DNA from: an uncultured Dehalococcoidaceae bacterium | Lineage (GTDB): Bacteria; Chloroflexota; Dehalococcoidia; Dehalococcoidales; CSSed11-197 | NCBI GenBank assembly: GCA_964398255.1 | Contig: CAYNLZ010000001.1 | Span: 1 to 43,800, forward strand | Direction of reading: 5' to 3' | DNA: 43,800 bases | Shown: positions 17,425-26,978 of the stretch, in pieces | How positions within the stretch are numbered: the stretch's first letter is position 1 | Layout of the letters: each line of letters begins with the position of its first letter | The notes under the pieces: model-generated | What the model saw: the letters and a program-made list of their open reading frames with translations, nothing else | What the model was told of the DNA's origin: nothing | The model's database searches: none | Made by a program: the position numbers and the translations under genes

Positions 17425-18795
17425 CTACTTAAACAGTTTTTCAACCGCGCGTATTGAGCTGATAGTTGCGGCAATAATTACGTGGTCACCGGATTCTATA
17501 ACAGTATCTCCAGGTGGCAAATACACGTCAGTACCTTTAACTACAGCTATAGCAACTGATTCAAAAGGCAGCCCTGCGTCAGATGTTTTAAGATTTGCAA
17601 TAGCAGCAGATGGGCTTACCATGAATTCAACAGCTTCGATCTTGTTCCCTTCCAAATAGGCAGTTGCTACGGCGCCACCATGGAGTACGAATCGTGTAAT
17701 CTCGCCAGCGGCCAGTAATGTCGGCAGGGCGGCCACATCTATGCCTGTAGCTTCTGCAAGGGGAATATAGTGCGTATTGTTAATGACAACCATGGAGCGA
17801 CGTACACCCAATTTTTTAGCAAGTAAAGCGCTTAATATATTGAGTTCGTCGTTCATGGTGGTAGCAACATACGCATCTGCGGAAGGAAGCCCCAATTCGA
17901 TGAGAAAATCCCTGTCAGTGCCAGAACCTTTAATGATTTCAACATTGTCCAGCTTGGAAGCCAGTTCATTTGCTTTGACACCATCGGCTTCGATCAATTT
18001 TACTTGTGCACCGCGGTGCGAAAGGCCTTCGGCGGCAAGGTGCCCTATTTTATCTCCTCCGAGTATCACAACCTTTTTTGCTGGTCGATGAGGGGTACTC
18101 AAATTCTTTCCAATTTTATCGATATGCTCCCTTCCAGCAGCGAGATAAATACTGTCTTCTTTTTGTATGATTACTTGTTCACCTGGTAATACCAGCTCTC
18201 CTTGTCTGACAATGGCAATCACAACTGACGGGAGTGGCAAATAGTCCAGTAGTTGGTTCAAGTCCAAGCCTATTACTCCATCGCCCTCTACGCGGAATTC
18301 ACGAATCTGTACTCTGCCACCGGCAAAGTTCTCTATTGGAGTAGAATACAAACTGGAAAGGATCGAAACGATTTCATGTGCGGCAGTCATTTCCGGATTG
18401 ATAAAAACATCTACCCCCAGGTTCTTGGGGCGTATAATCCGCTTGGTGGATAAAGGGAATTTACCCCTGGAAATAAAATAGTAGGAAAAATCGGGGTTAC
18501 GGATGCGGGCAGCTGTGGTAGCAGCTCCAAGTTCCTTTGACATAAAACATGTGATCATGTTAGTTTCGTCATTGTTTGTCACTGCGAGAACCAGATTAGC
18601 GCGTTCTGCTTCAGCTTCTTTGAGAGTTTTGGGTGTTGCAGAATTTCCCAGAATGGTTTTTACATCCAGTTGACTGCGGATACTGTCCAGTATTTCAACA
18701 GACTGGTCGATTACTAATACTTCATGGCCTTCTTCTACCAGTAAGGAAGCCACATGTGAACCGATAATTCCACCACCTGCCACAATAATATACAT
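17425..18795 (-). CDS. trkA: Trk system potassium uptake protein TrkA (two RCK/NAD-binding modules)
   Basis: 456 aa. IIVAGGGIIGSHVA and VILGGDKIGHLAA Rossmann motifs. Ends 5 nt upstream of trkH. Confidence 0.9.
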   Translation of the reverse strand: MYIIVAGGGIIGSHVASLLVEEGHEVLVIDQSVEILDSIRSQLDVKTILGNSATPKTLKEAEAERANLVLAVTNNDETNMITCFMSKELGAATTAARIRNPDFSYYFISRGKFPLSTKRIIRPKNLGVDVFINPEMTAAHEIVSILSSLYSTPIENFAGGRVQIREFRVEGDGVIGLDLNQLLDYLPLPSVVIAIVRQGELVLPGEQVIIQKEDSIYLAAGREHIDKIGKNLSTPHRPAKKVVILGGDKIGHLAAEGLSHRGAQVKLIEADGVKANELASKLDNVEIIKGSGTDRDFLIELGLPSADAYVATTMNDELNILSALLAKKLGVRRSMVVINNTHYIPLAEATGIDVAALPTLLAAGEITRFVLHGGAVATAYLEGNKIEAVEFMVSPSAAIANLKTSDAGLPFESVAIAVVKGTDVYLPPGDTVIESGDHVIIAATISSIRAVEKLFK

Positions 18796-18861
18796 ATACC
18801 TTACACCTTCGAACGTTCATTTACCTTGCCAGTTTGCCATCCCATAATCCGGCGGCGTAGC

Positions 18862-18890
18862 ATTGTAGGCCCTAAGCTCTTCCCTGTCAA
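18862..18890 (-). promoter_or_regulatory. putative trkAH promoter
   Basis: Minus strand TTGACA (18890-18885), 17-nt spacer, TACAAT (18867-18862). Leader of about 60 nt. Confidence 0.5.
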
Positions 18891-18917
18891 TGAAATAGAA
18901 GAGGGTTAAGGTTATGT

Positions 18918-18946
18918 TTGAAGTGCTTGGAGCTTCAGCGTAGAAT
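18918..18946 (+). promoter_or_regulatory. putative ychF promoter (divergent from trkA)
   Basis: TTGAAG (18918-18923), 17-nt spacer, TAGAAT (18941-18946). Confidence 0.45.
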
Positions 18947-19026
18947 TAACAGGGTAAAATATCTGCGGTGCCAATTGATTATTAAGGCGCAGTAGTTTAT
19001 TAAATTATTAGAAACAGGTTGAAAAA

Positions 19027-20124
19027 ATGAGTTTAGACATCGGAATTATTGGTTTGGGGATGAGCGGTCGCACAACGATTTTTAATTGTCTTACCAGCCA
19101 GGAAGCAGGTGCTGGTCGCTCTCGCCAGGAAGAGAACATCGGCATTGCAAGAGTACCCGATACTCGAGTCGATCGTTTGAAAGAAATGTTTAAATCAAAA
19201 AAGGCAGCCTACGGAGAGGTTAAGTATGTAGACTTGGGTGCGAGTCTGAAAAATGCTGCCAAGGATTTTTCTTTGAGCGGGAAAATGCTTTCCGAACTTG
19301 GAGCTACTGACGCTCTGCTGTGTGTTGTAAGGGCTTTTAAAAATGAATCTGTGTCGCACCCTCAAGGAACCATCGACCCGGCGCGCGATATTGAAGCCAT
19401 GGAGCTCGAATTGGCTTTTTCTGATATGGCAATTATCGAAAGACGTCTTGAAAAATTGTCGTCACAGCTTAAATCTGTGCGAGCAGCTGACAAATCGCAC
19501 CTTGAAGGAGAATCCTCGCTTCTGGAGAAAATCAAGAATCAATTGGAAGTTGGTATACCCCTCAGACGTCAGAAGCTTAGCGAGGAAGAGCGGAAAAAGA
19601 TTTCCACTTACCAGTTTTTAAGTTTAAAACCTATGCTTACCGTTTTGAACATCGGAGAAGAAGAATTGGAGAGAGCAAAGCAGATGGAAGAAGAGCTTGA
19701 TTCCAGGTTTGGTGACGAAAACCATCAGGTGGTAGCTCTTGCCGGGAAATTGGAAATGGAGCTCGTCGGTCTTGATGAAGATAGTAAACAGGCCTTTCTG
19801 GACGATTTTAAAATTGAAGAACCGGGTCTTCAAAAAGTAATCCGCTCATCTTTTGAGCTGCTTGGATTAATAAGCTTTTTAACCACCGGTGAGGACGAAA
19901 GCAGGGCATGGCCAATACCGCGAAACACTTTGGCTCCACAGGCTGCTGGTCGTATTCACAGTGATATTGAAAGAGGTTTTATACGTGCTGAAGTAGTTCA
20001 GTATGATGATCTTGTTCGCCTGGGCGGTTATGCTGGGGTGAGAAAAGAAGGGCTGTTTAGAGTAGAGGGTAAAAATTATATTGTCCAAGACGGAGATGTA
20101 ATTAATTTCCTGTTCAACGTTTGA
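19027..20124 (+). CDS. ychF: YchF/OLA1-family protein with degenerate NTPase motifs
   Basis: 365 aa. The C-terminal part is strongly YchF-like (RAWPIPRNTLAPQAAGRIHSDIERGFIRAEV...YIVQDGDVINFLFNV). The N-terminal P-loop reads GLGMSGRTT. Confidence 0.9.
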   Translation: MSLDIGIIGLGMSGRTTIFNCLTSQEAGAGRSRQEENIGIARVPDTRVDRLKEMFKSKKAAYGEVKYVDLGASLKNAAKDFSLSGKMLSELGATDALLCVVRAFKNESVSHPQGTIDPARDIEAMELELAFSDMAIIERRLEKLSSQLKSVRAADKSHLEGESSLLEKIKNQLEVGIPLRRQKLSEEERKKISTYQFLSLKPMLTVLNIGEEELERAKQMEEELDSRFGDENHQVVALAGKLEMELVGLDEDSKQAFLDDFKIEEPGLQKVIRSSFELLGLISFLTTGEDESRAWPIPRNTLAPQAAGRIHSDIERGFIRAEVVQYDDLVRLGGYAGVRKEGLFRVEGKNYIVQDGDVINFLFNV

Positions 20125-20257
20125 TTGTTGGGGGAGGGTTGTTAACCTGCCGAGCTCTGTAGATTTCCAGCCTTTGGGAAAAGGTGTCTGATGTTCTGGT
20201 TCAATTTGATACATATATTTCACAAACTTGTCCGGATGGATGAGTGGGCATAATCGA

Positions 20258-20286
20258 TTGCTACGGTTGCTGACAGAATGTATAAT
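20258..20286 (+). promoter_or_regulatory. putative remA-gmk promoter
   Basis: TTGCTA (20258-20263), 17-nt spacer, TATAAT (20281-20286). Confidence 0.45.
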
Positions 20287-20344
20287 GTTTAAGCTGTTTT
20301 CCCGGAGATTTTAAATATCAATAAACTTGAGTGAGGGTAAATTG

Positions 20345-20635
20345 ATGCATCCAGAATATGTACACATCGGACTAGGCAATGTGTTGTTTATTAATAGGGT
20401 TATTGCCATTGTGCCACCTGATTCTGCGCCGGTAAAAAGGTCTATCAAGAACGCCAAGGTAAATGATAAGCTGATAGATATGACAAGTGGGCGCAGGACG
20501 AGGGCTGTGATATTTACCGAGTCTGATCATATTATTTTGGCTGCTCTTGCGCCAGAAACCATAATAGGACGTATTCAGGCGATTCGTGGAGGTATAGTTA
20601 TTAAGCCTGAAGTAGTAGAAAAAGAGAAAAAATAG
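20345..20635 (+). CDS. remA: RemA/DUF370 family regulator
   Basis: VHIGLGNVLFINRVIAIVPPDSAPVKRSI...GRRTRAVIFTESDHIILAALAPETI matches the RemA (YlzA) pattern. GAGGG lies 7 nt before ATG 20345. Confidence 0.8.
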   Translation: MHPEYVHIGLGNVLFINRVIAIVPPDSAPVKRSIKNAKVNDKLIDMTSGRRTRAVIFTESDHIILAALAPETIIGRIQAIRGGIVIKPEVVEKEKK

Positions 20636-20678
20636 GAGTTTATCCATCATCAGTTTTATTAATCGGCCAGTTATCATA

Positions 20679-21266
20679 GTGGTGTCGGGTCCTTCGGGAG
20701 CCGGTAAGGACACAGTTCTCAATAGGATGAAAGAACGTAACGTTTCGGCAGATTTTATTGTGACTCTTACTACTCGGCCGCCAAGAAGTTATGAGGTTGA
20801 CGGAGTTAACTACCATTTTGTTGATGAGTCAGCTTTTATGAATTTGAAAGAAAGCGGAGATTTATTGGAATATGCCCTGGTGTATGGCAATTGGTATGGT
20901 GTACCAAAAAAGCCGATTGAACAATCTGTTGAAGCGGGCCGGGATGTTATCATTAAAGTGGATATACAGGGAGCCGCATCCATAAAAAAGAACTTGCCCG
21001 AAGCCTGTTTTGTGTTTGTAACCCCTCCAGACGCTTCTTCATTGTCAGGGCGATTGAAAAAACGTAATACTGAAACGGCTTGCGATCTTGATCTACGCTT
21101 GAAAACTGCCGCAGAAGAATTTGAGCAACTCCATTTATTTGATTATATAGTATTAAATTGCGATGGGGAGGTGGATGTGGCGGTGGAGGATGTAATTTCA
21201 ATTATCAGGTCTGAAAAACTGAAAGTTCACCCAACTATTCCAGATTTAAAAAACGTACCCCAATAG
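20679..21266 (+). CDS. gmk: guanylate kinase (coordinates from the first canonical start; true start probably upstream, see finding)
   Basis: VSGPSGAGKDT P-loop, TTRPPR and YHFV motifs. GTG 20679 is the first canonical start, but the in-frame upstream sequence encodes the beta-1 strand. Confidence 0.88.
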   Translation: MVSGPSGAGKDTVLNRMKERNVSADFIVTLTTRPPRSYEVDGVNYHFVDESAFMNLKESGDLLEYALVYGNWYGVPKKPIEQSVEAGRDVIIKVDIQGAASIKKNLPEACFVFVTPPDASSLSGRLKKRNTETACDLDLRLKTAAEEFEQLHLFDYIVLNCDGEVDVAVEDVISIIRSEKLKVHPTIPDLKNVPQ

Positions 21267-22247
21267 CCAGGAAAAAAGATGCCCCAATCCACCGCAAACC
21301 GGGAATGTAATAACCCATGCGGCAACAATATTCCCAGCCAGCCCCCAACGTACCGCTGATAGCCTTCGTGTCGCTCCTACGCCCATGATTGAGGCGCTGA
21401 TACAGTGAGTAGTACTGACAGGGATTCCGAGGAACGAAGCGACTTCAATTATTGTGGCTGCGGAGGCTTCTGCGGCAAAACCATGAACCGGGCGAAGGGT
21501 TGTTACGCGCATTCCCAAGGTTTTAATAACTTTATGGCCTCCAAAAGCAGTACCAAGACTTATAGACAGAGCTGATATGACTAGTATCCAGATTGGGATT
21601 GAGCTCCATAATGCTTCAGTACCTGTGTAGAAGACCACTCCCATCATAATAATACCGATAGGCATCTGACCATCATTTTTACCATGACTGTAAGCCATAA
21701 ATGCGGCGGATACTATTTGTAATTTTGTAAAACGCGATTGCACAGTCGCTGGAGCTTTTCGTCTGAGTATCCACAACAGGGCGATCATTACAATAAAACC
21801 ACCGGCGAAGCCAAGCAGAGGGGCAATGCCAACCGCGGAAGCAACAGTAGTGATCACGCTCCATTTAACTGCTGAAGCTCCGGAAGCAGCAAATCCGGCT
21901 CCTGCCAGAGCGGCAACGAGCCCATGTGTCAGACTGACGGGCAAGCCATGAAAGGTAGCTGTCGCTGTCCAAATAATCACAGCTAGCAGGGCAGCGATAA
22001 TAGTCTGAAAAGAAATAGCCTCTGGAGCGAGTATTCCTTTACCAATTGTAATCGCGACAGCAGAGCCTGTGAGGGCCCCCAGGAGGTTGAATACCGCTGC
22101 TAACATTACTGCTTTTTGCGGGGTAAGCGTTCGAGTTCCTATTACCGTGGCTATGGCGTTGGCGGCATCATTCATGCCATTAACAAAACCAAATCCAAGA
22201 GCCAGTACGACAATGACTATGAGAGCCGCCAAAGAAGGCTCAGGCAT
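21246..22247 (-). CDS. inorganic phosphate transporter, PiT family
   Basis: 333 aa. GMNDAANAIATVIGTR and SHGKNDGQ motifs. The 3' end overlaps gmk by 21 nt. Confidence 0.9.
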   Translation of the reverse strand: MPEPSLAALIVIVVLALGFGFVNGMNDAANAIATVIGTRTLTPQKAVMLAAVFNLLGALTGSAVAITIGKGILAPEAISFQTIIAALLAVIIWTATATFHGLPVSLTHGLVAALAGAGFAASGASAVKWSVITTVASAVGIAPLLGFAGGFIVMIALLWILRRKAPATVQSRFTKLQIVSAAFMAYSHGKNDGQMPIGIIMMGVVFYTGTEALWSSIPIWILVISALSISLGTAFGGHKVIKTLGMRVTTLRPVHGFAAEASAATIIEVASFLGIPVSTTHCISASIMGVGATRRLSAVRWGLAGNIVAAWVITFPVCGGLGHLFSWLLGYVF

Positions 22248-22899
22248 TCTTAAGGGCTACTCCTTCCAGAACATTGGCGACATCCTCACAGCGGTCAGTA
22301 GCAGTTTCGAGATGTTGGTAGATTTCGCGCCACTTTATAACCTGGACTGCTTCCGTATCACCGTTAAATAATTCAGCCAGAGCTTGCCGATACACTCTGT
22401 CTGCGAGGTTTTCCAAACGGTTTATCTCTACACAGTGTATTAACATGGTTTTTAAATCTTTCCGATAACGAAGCAGTGGAACGGCCTTTTTCAGTTCGAG
22501 AGTTCCCAGTAATATTATGCCTGCCAGCTCGATTGATTGTTCGGTGGGCTTATCTATGCGATACAGGCTCATGTCGTCAGCCGCTGAATGTACAAGATCG
22601 GCAACGTCATCCATGGACTGGGCAAGCGTAGCAATATCCTCGCGGTCAAAAGGCGTTACAAATGACTGGTGAAGAAGCGCAATGATTTCGTGGGTAATAC
22701 TGTCCCCTTTGTGTTCAATATCGGAAATCGTCTTGGCTCGCTCTTCGACATAGTCCCATATTTCGACCATATCTTTGAGGGCATGAGCAATGTCTACCAG
22801 GTTGTTGGCACTTTCTTCGAAAAGATTAAAAAATTTTTCTTCACGTGGAGCTAAGTTGAACTTAAAAATCTCTTTTAAGACCTCCTTTGTAAATTCCAA
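22240..22899 (-). CDS. DUF47 / PhoU-like Pit accessory protein
   Basis: 219 aa. Helical PhoU-like repeats (EHKGDSITHEI, DREDI...DDVADL). An 8-nt overlap with the PiT gene is the typical pairing. Confidence 0.85.
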   Translation of the reverse strand: MEFTKEVLKEIFKFNLAPREEKFFNLFEESANNLVDIAHALKDMVEIWDYVEERAKTISDIEHKGDSITHEIIALLHQSFVTPFDREDIATLAQSMDDVADLVHSAADDMSLYRIDKPTEQSIELAGIILLGTLELKKAVPLLRYRKDLKTMLIHCVEINRLENLADRVYRQALAELFNGDTEAVQVIKWREIYQHLETATDRCEDVANVLEGVALKNA

Positions 22900-22946
22900 C
22901 TAGTATAACTATTATCCTACTATGGATGTCAATAGTAATACTCTCA

Positions 22947-23534
22947 TCAAGCCAGGAAGAAAAAGCGCAACAAATCGATTACGCGGTTTACTATTGGATC
23001 CAACAGTCTGAAAACAACAGTGAAAAACAATGCAATTACAAGAGCAAGAGCTGCTCCCCCCAATATATCCAGTGGATAATGAATACCCACGTATACCCTT
23101 GAAAAACTCATGATAGTAGAGATAGCGAGCATTATAGAGCCAGCTTTGCGGTCATATATAAATATTCCCCATGACAGGGCAAAAAGCACTGAAGCAGAGT
23201 TAGAAGGGAAAGAAGGATCGGTTGGTGGGTAAAACAACAAGTTGACATCAAGGGTCTCGAAAGGCCGTGGCCTTACCCAGATATCATTAATAAAATTAAC
23301 CGCTAGCTGTGAAATGCCCAGAGAGGAGGTAGCTACCATTATTCCTTTTTGAATATGACGACGCTTATCAGGATTGCGCGTGCCGGTCCAGAGGAGGATG
23401 AGGATCATGCAGCTGAGTATGATAACAAAGTAATCGTTGGCGATAGCAGAAAAAATATTGTCAATGACAGAAGAATGGCCGCCTAAGCCATTGATCCATA
23501 AAAACACGCTCTCATCGTATTTTAACCACGCCAT
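22947..23534 (-). CDS. PAP2-family lipid phosphatase (undecaprenyl-diphosphatase type)
   Basis: 195 aa. PAP2 motifs RPRP, SFPSNSAS and SRVYVGIHYPLDILGG. Confidence 0.85.
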   Translation of the reverse strand: MAWLKYDESVFLWINGLGGHSSVIDNIFSAIANDYFVIILSCMILILLWTGTRNPDKRRHIQKGIMVATSSLGISQLAVNFINDIWVRPRPFETLDVNLLFYPPTDPSFPSNSASVLFALSWGIFIYDRKAGSIMLAISTIMSFSRVYVGIHYPLDILGGAALALVIALFFTVVFRLLDPIVNRVIDLLRFFFLA

Positions 23535-23923
23535 GCGATACTCCGCAAGCGGATGATGATCGCTTGGTAAAACGTATTATTCTTGAGCGCTTCAAAACCG
23601 TTTTCTTGGTTGGCTGGCTTGTTTTTGAAACGTCCGTGGTTGATCAGAGAGGAAGCCAGCAATGTTATAATAATTGCGCTCAAGATGCCAGCCATAAAAA
23701 GATAAAACTGCTCTGCACCTTCAATAACACCAACGTCCTTATGCCAGTTCCAGGTTATAAGGACCGCCATACAAGGGAGAGCAACAATTGCCGAGGCTAT
23801 ATAGTTATAGGCGCGTCTCTGGAATAAGACGATACCATTAATCCCACTATAACTGGAAGCAACCTGGATAGCGGACATGGAAAGTAGTACTATCAAGATG
23901 TAGTATTCAATCGCTATTATCAT
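23522..23923 (-). CDS. hypothetical small membrane protein
   Basis: 133 aa with three hydrophobic segments. A 13-nt overlap with the PAP2 gene suggests co-translation. No SD. Confidence 0.55.
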   Translation of the reverse strand: MIIAIEYYILIVLLSMSAIQVASSYSGINGIVLFQRRAYNYIASAIVALPCMAVLITWNWHKDVGVIEGAEQFYLFMAGILSAIIITLLASSLINHGRFKNKPANQENGFEALKNNTFYQAIIIRLRSIAWRG

Positions 23924-24160
23924 GACGTTGTCAGGGGCAATAAAGCCTCTTGGGATAGTCTATCATAGCTTAAACACCTCTGAAATGGCAATTAGGCATA
24001 TTCTCTTCTCTAAGATGTTACACGACATGTTATGATTCACTCAAGCAAGAACGTTATCAGTAGAATACCATGCCAAATGAAGAAGAGATGATATTAACGA
24101 AAGAAGCAAATATTTAAAGTGATTTTTGATACATAAACAGAACGCAGGAAGAAGGTTATT

Positions 24161-25216
24161 ATGCTACAATACCAGACAGAAGTGAACACTAAAACCTATG
24201 TACTTGCCGGGGAAGACGCTTATTCAATTGCTAAATCCCTGGAAGAATTCAAAAATAGTTTGGACGCCACGGATTTGCTGGAGGCTAATTATTCAAGCGT
24301 TGAAGCTGGAAACATCACCCCCGCAGATCTGGGCCTTATCATATCTGCGTCACCTTTTCTGGCTACGAAAAGGCTGGTAGTTGTTCGTGGCTTGTTTGAA
24401 AGATTCGAAAAACAGTCTCGAAGGAAAAAGAAGGTTTCAGCAGATGATACTGATACTCATGATAGCCTTGTAAAATCGATGGCTGGTGTTATCAGGAACA
24501 AGCCTGCGACTACTGAGCTGGTGATTGTTGCTGAAAAAATTGCAACCGGGAATCCTTTGCTTAAACTTCTTAAACCGGATTTAGAAGTGCGGTCTTATCC
24601 GGCCCTCGCGGGAAAAGGGCTGGAGGGGTGGATAACAGAATATGCAAGCTCTCAGGGGGGCAAGATAACTCCTGCGGCGGCTCAATTGCTCGCTCGGCTG
24701 GTCGGATCCGATCTTTGGTCTATGAGTAACGAAATCGACAAACTGGTTATTTATACCGGCGGTGGCGAGGTTGATGTGGAAACAATAACCCGCATGGTAC
24801 AGGTCACACCAGAGGCTAACATCTTCTATTTGATAGATGCAGTTGTTGCAGGTAGAGTGTCAGCAGCTACAATGGAGTTGGAAAAACTGCTATCAAACGG
24901 TGCGTCTTCTTCACAGATAATCAATATGCTTGCTCGTCAGATGAGGATGATTGCCATCGCAAAAGATATGCTTGAACGTGGCTCACAGAGCGTTGACATA
25001 CGCAAACGCTTGGGTATTAAGCACGATTTTATCATGCAAAAAGTTGCTCAAAAAGCCAGAGTGTTCACATCTCCAGCTATTTATACTTTCTATTTAATAT
25101 TGGTAGAAGCAGACCTTGATATAAAGACTGGTAAGCTTGAGCTTGATTTGGTGCTTAGTATATTAATTGAAAAACTGGTGAAAATAGCCAATCCTTCCAA
25201 TGTGAGCCGTTGTTAA
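24161..25216 (+). CDS. holA: DNA polymerase III subunit delta
   Basis: 351 aa. HolA-like pattern YVLAGEDAY...PFLATKRLVVV...GSDLWSMSNEIDKL. Confidence 0.85.
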   Translation: MLQYQTEVNTKTYVLAGEDAYSIAKSLEEFKNSLDATDLLEANYSSVEAGNITPADLGLIISASPFLATKRLVVVRGLFERFEKQSRRKKKVSADDTDTHDSLVKSMAGVIRNKPATTELVIVAEKIATGNPLLKLLKPDLEVRSYPALAGKGLEGWITEYASSQGGKITPAAAQLLARLVGSDLWSMSNEIDKLVIYTGGGEVDVETITRMVQVTPEANIFYLIDAVVAGRVSAATMELEKLLSNGASSSQIINMLARQMRMIAIAKDMLERGSQSVDIRKRLGIKHDFIMQKVAQKARVFTSPAIYTFYLILVEADLDIKTGKLELDLVLSILIEKLVKIANPSNVSRC

Positions 25217-25222
25217 TTTTGG

Positions 25223-26035
25223 CTATATTTGTTTTCGATATACATTAATCTGGTTACGTATTTCCTGGGCTTTTACTCTGGCAGCCGTAGCATAATCTTT
25301 TTCACAAGAAGCATAGATTATAGAGCGCGATACATTTATAATTCCCATTTTGTTTTCCTGCCCGATAGCGTACCTTGACACCAGTTTAATATCACCACCT
25401 TGAGCTCCTATTCCCGGGATTAGTAGTGGCATATCAGGGTTTTGCTTGCGAATCAATTCTATTTCTTGGGGCCAGGTGGCACCCACAACAAGACCAATAT
25501 TGCCATGCTGGTTCCATTCTCCTGCTTTTCTTGACACTTCCTGATATAAAGGAACCGCAGATGTTCCATTGGTAACCAGCAAGTCCTGAAAATCCTTGGC
25601 ACCAGGATTAGAGGTTCGACATAGGATGAAAACGCCCCGGTCAGCATACGAGATGAACGGCATAATCGAGTCTGAGCCCATGTAAGGGCTTACTGTTACA
25701 GCGTCAAAACCCATAACTTCAAAAATTGCTTTGGCATATGCACAAGAAGTAGAGCCTATGTCTGCCCTTTTGGCATCAGCTATAATCGGGATATTGGCAG
25801 GGATACATTTCCGTGCAAAATTAAGGTGGCGGAAACCGTCTTCTCCCATTGCTTCAAAAAAAGCAAAGTTAATTTTATAGGCAGTGACCAGATCGCTGGT
25901 AGCTTCAACAACACTTGCGACAAATTCATTCACATCTGTTTCTGGTGGCATCAATTGGGGATCAGGGTCAAGCCCAACACAGAGAAAACTATCGTTTGCC
26001 TGACATGCATGGCGTAATTTTTGTAAAAAGTTCAA
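25223..26035 (-). CDS. pyrF: orotidine-5'-phosphate decarboxylase (type 2)
   Basis: LCVGLDPD, ADAKRADIGST and IPGIGAQGG motifs. TTG 26035 has AGGAG 7 nt upstream. The ORF-track TTG at 26095 adds 20 atypical residues. Confidence 0.9.
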   Translation of the reverse strand: MNFLQKLRHACQANDSFLCVGLDPDPQLMPPETDVNEFVASVVEATSDLVTAYKINFAFFEAMGEDGFRHLNFARKCIPANIPIIADAKRADIGSTSCAYAKAIFEVMGFDAVTVSPYMGSDSIMPFISYADRGVFILCRTSNPGAKDFQDLLVTNGTSAVPLYQEVSRKAGEWNQHGNIGLVVGATWPQEIELIRKQNPDMPLLIPGIGAQGGDIKLVSRYAIGQENKMGIINVSRSIIYASCEKDYATAARVKAQEIRNQINVYRKQI

Positions 26036-26162
26036 AATCCCACTCCTTCCGAAGATATTATCAATAGCTGACTGGCGAGTCAAGCGAAGTGACAAAGGTT
26101 AATGATTCCTTAAGTTGGAATGCCAAGTCTTTTGTTTTATAGTTACAACAGTTATAATTACA

Positions 26163-26978
26163 ATGATTCGTTTGCTTGATGCAGGGAGAGGATTACGGGT
26201 GCGTAAAAAAACAACAATTGTTTTTGTTATATTATTGTCCTTTTTGGGGTTATTGCACGGCGGCTGTTATGGGGCAATACAAGGCTCTGGGGAGATTATA
26301 AGCCAGTCTTTTGATTATGATGATTTTACACGTGTTGAAGTCAGTTCTGCTTTTAAAGTTGATATAGAATATGGCGATGCATACAACGTGAATGTCACGG
26401 CTGACGATAATCTGTTCGAATATATCAGGGTGAGTGAATATGATGGCGTCTTGAAGATAAATATGCTCCCAGGTCATACTATTTTTCCAAATGTTCTAAC
26501 TGCCACAGTGACGATGCCTGATATTTATAGAGTTGATGCTTTTTCTGCATCTGAAGTCAAGGTTTCCACTTTTAAGCTGTTTCATGATTTCCATGCTGTA
26601 TCTAGTGGTGCAAGTACTATTGAGTTTGTCGACCTCATTGCTGGTGATGTTATGCTTGAAGCCGATACAGCCAGTCGCATACAAGGCTCCCTGAAGGTAG
26701 CTGATATGGAGCTGGAAGCAAGCTCTGTGAGTCGGATCACTCTTAGTGGCCAAGCCAATAATATTAATATGAGTGTTAGTGGAGCATCAAACATGGATCT
26801 TGGCGGTGTCGTGGCCAAAAATGTTACTGCCGGGTTAAGTGGAGGTTCTTCAGCCGAGATAAATATTACCGGAAGACTGGACGCAGGCTTGAGCGGTGCA
26901 AGTCACATTCTATACACCGGAGACCCGGAAATTGGGAATATCAATCTGTCAGATATTTGTTCCGTAGAAAGGAAATAA
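26163..26978 (+). CDS. DUF2807 (head GIN domain) beta-helix protein with N-terminal signal/anchor
   Basis: Repetitive SGAS/SGGS beta-strand repeats (SVSGASNMDL, GLSGGSSAEI, GLSGASHILYTGDPE). Hydrophobic N-terminus ends in LLHGGC. ATG 26163 preferred over TTG 26115. Confidence 0.72.
   Translation: MIRLLDAGRGLRVRKKTTIVFVILLSFLGLLHGGCYGAIQGSGEIISQSFDYDDFTRVEVSSAFKVDIEYGDAYNVNVTADDNLFEYIRVSEYDGVLKINMLPGHTIFPNVLTATVTMPDIYRVDAFSASEVKVSTFKLFHDFHAVSSGASTIEFVDLIAGDVMLEADTASRIQGSLKVADMELEASSVSRITLSGQANNINMSVSGASNMDLGGVVAKNVTAGLSGGSSAEINITGRLDAGLSGASHILYTGDPEIGNINLSDICSVERK

Noticed and set aside
18796-18861. A c-di-AMP (ydaO-type) or other riboswitch upstream of trkA.
   Set aside because: The predicted promoter leaves only a ~60-nt leader. 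That is too short for the aptamer, and none of its conserved motifs is visible.
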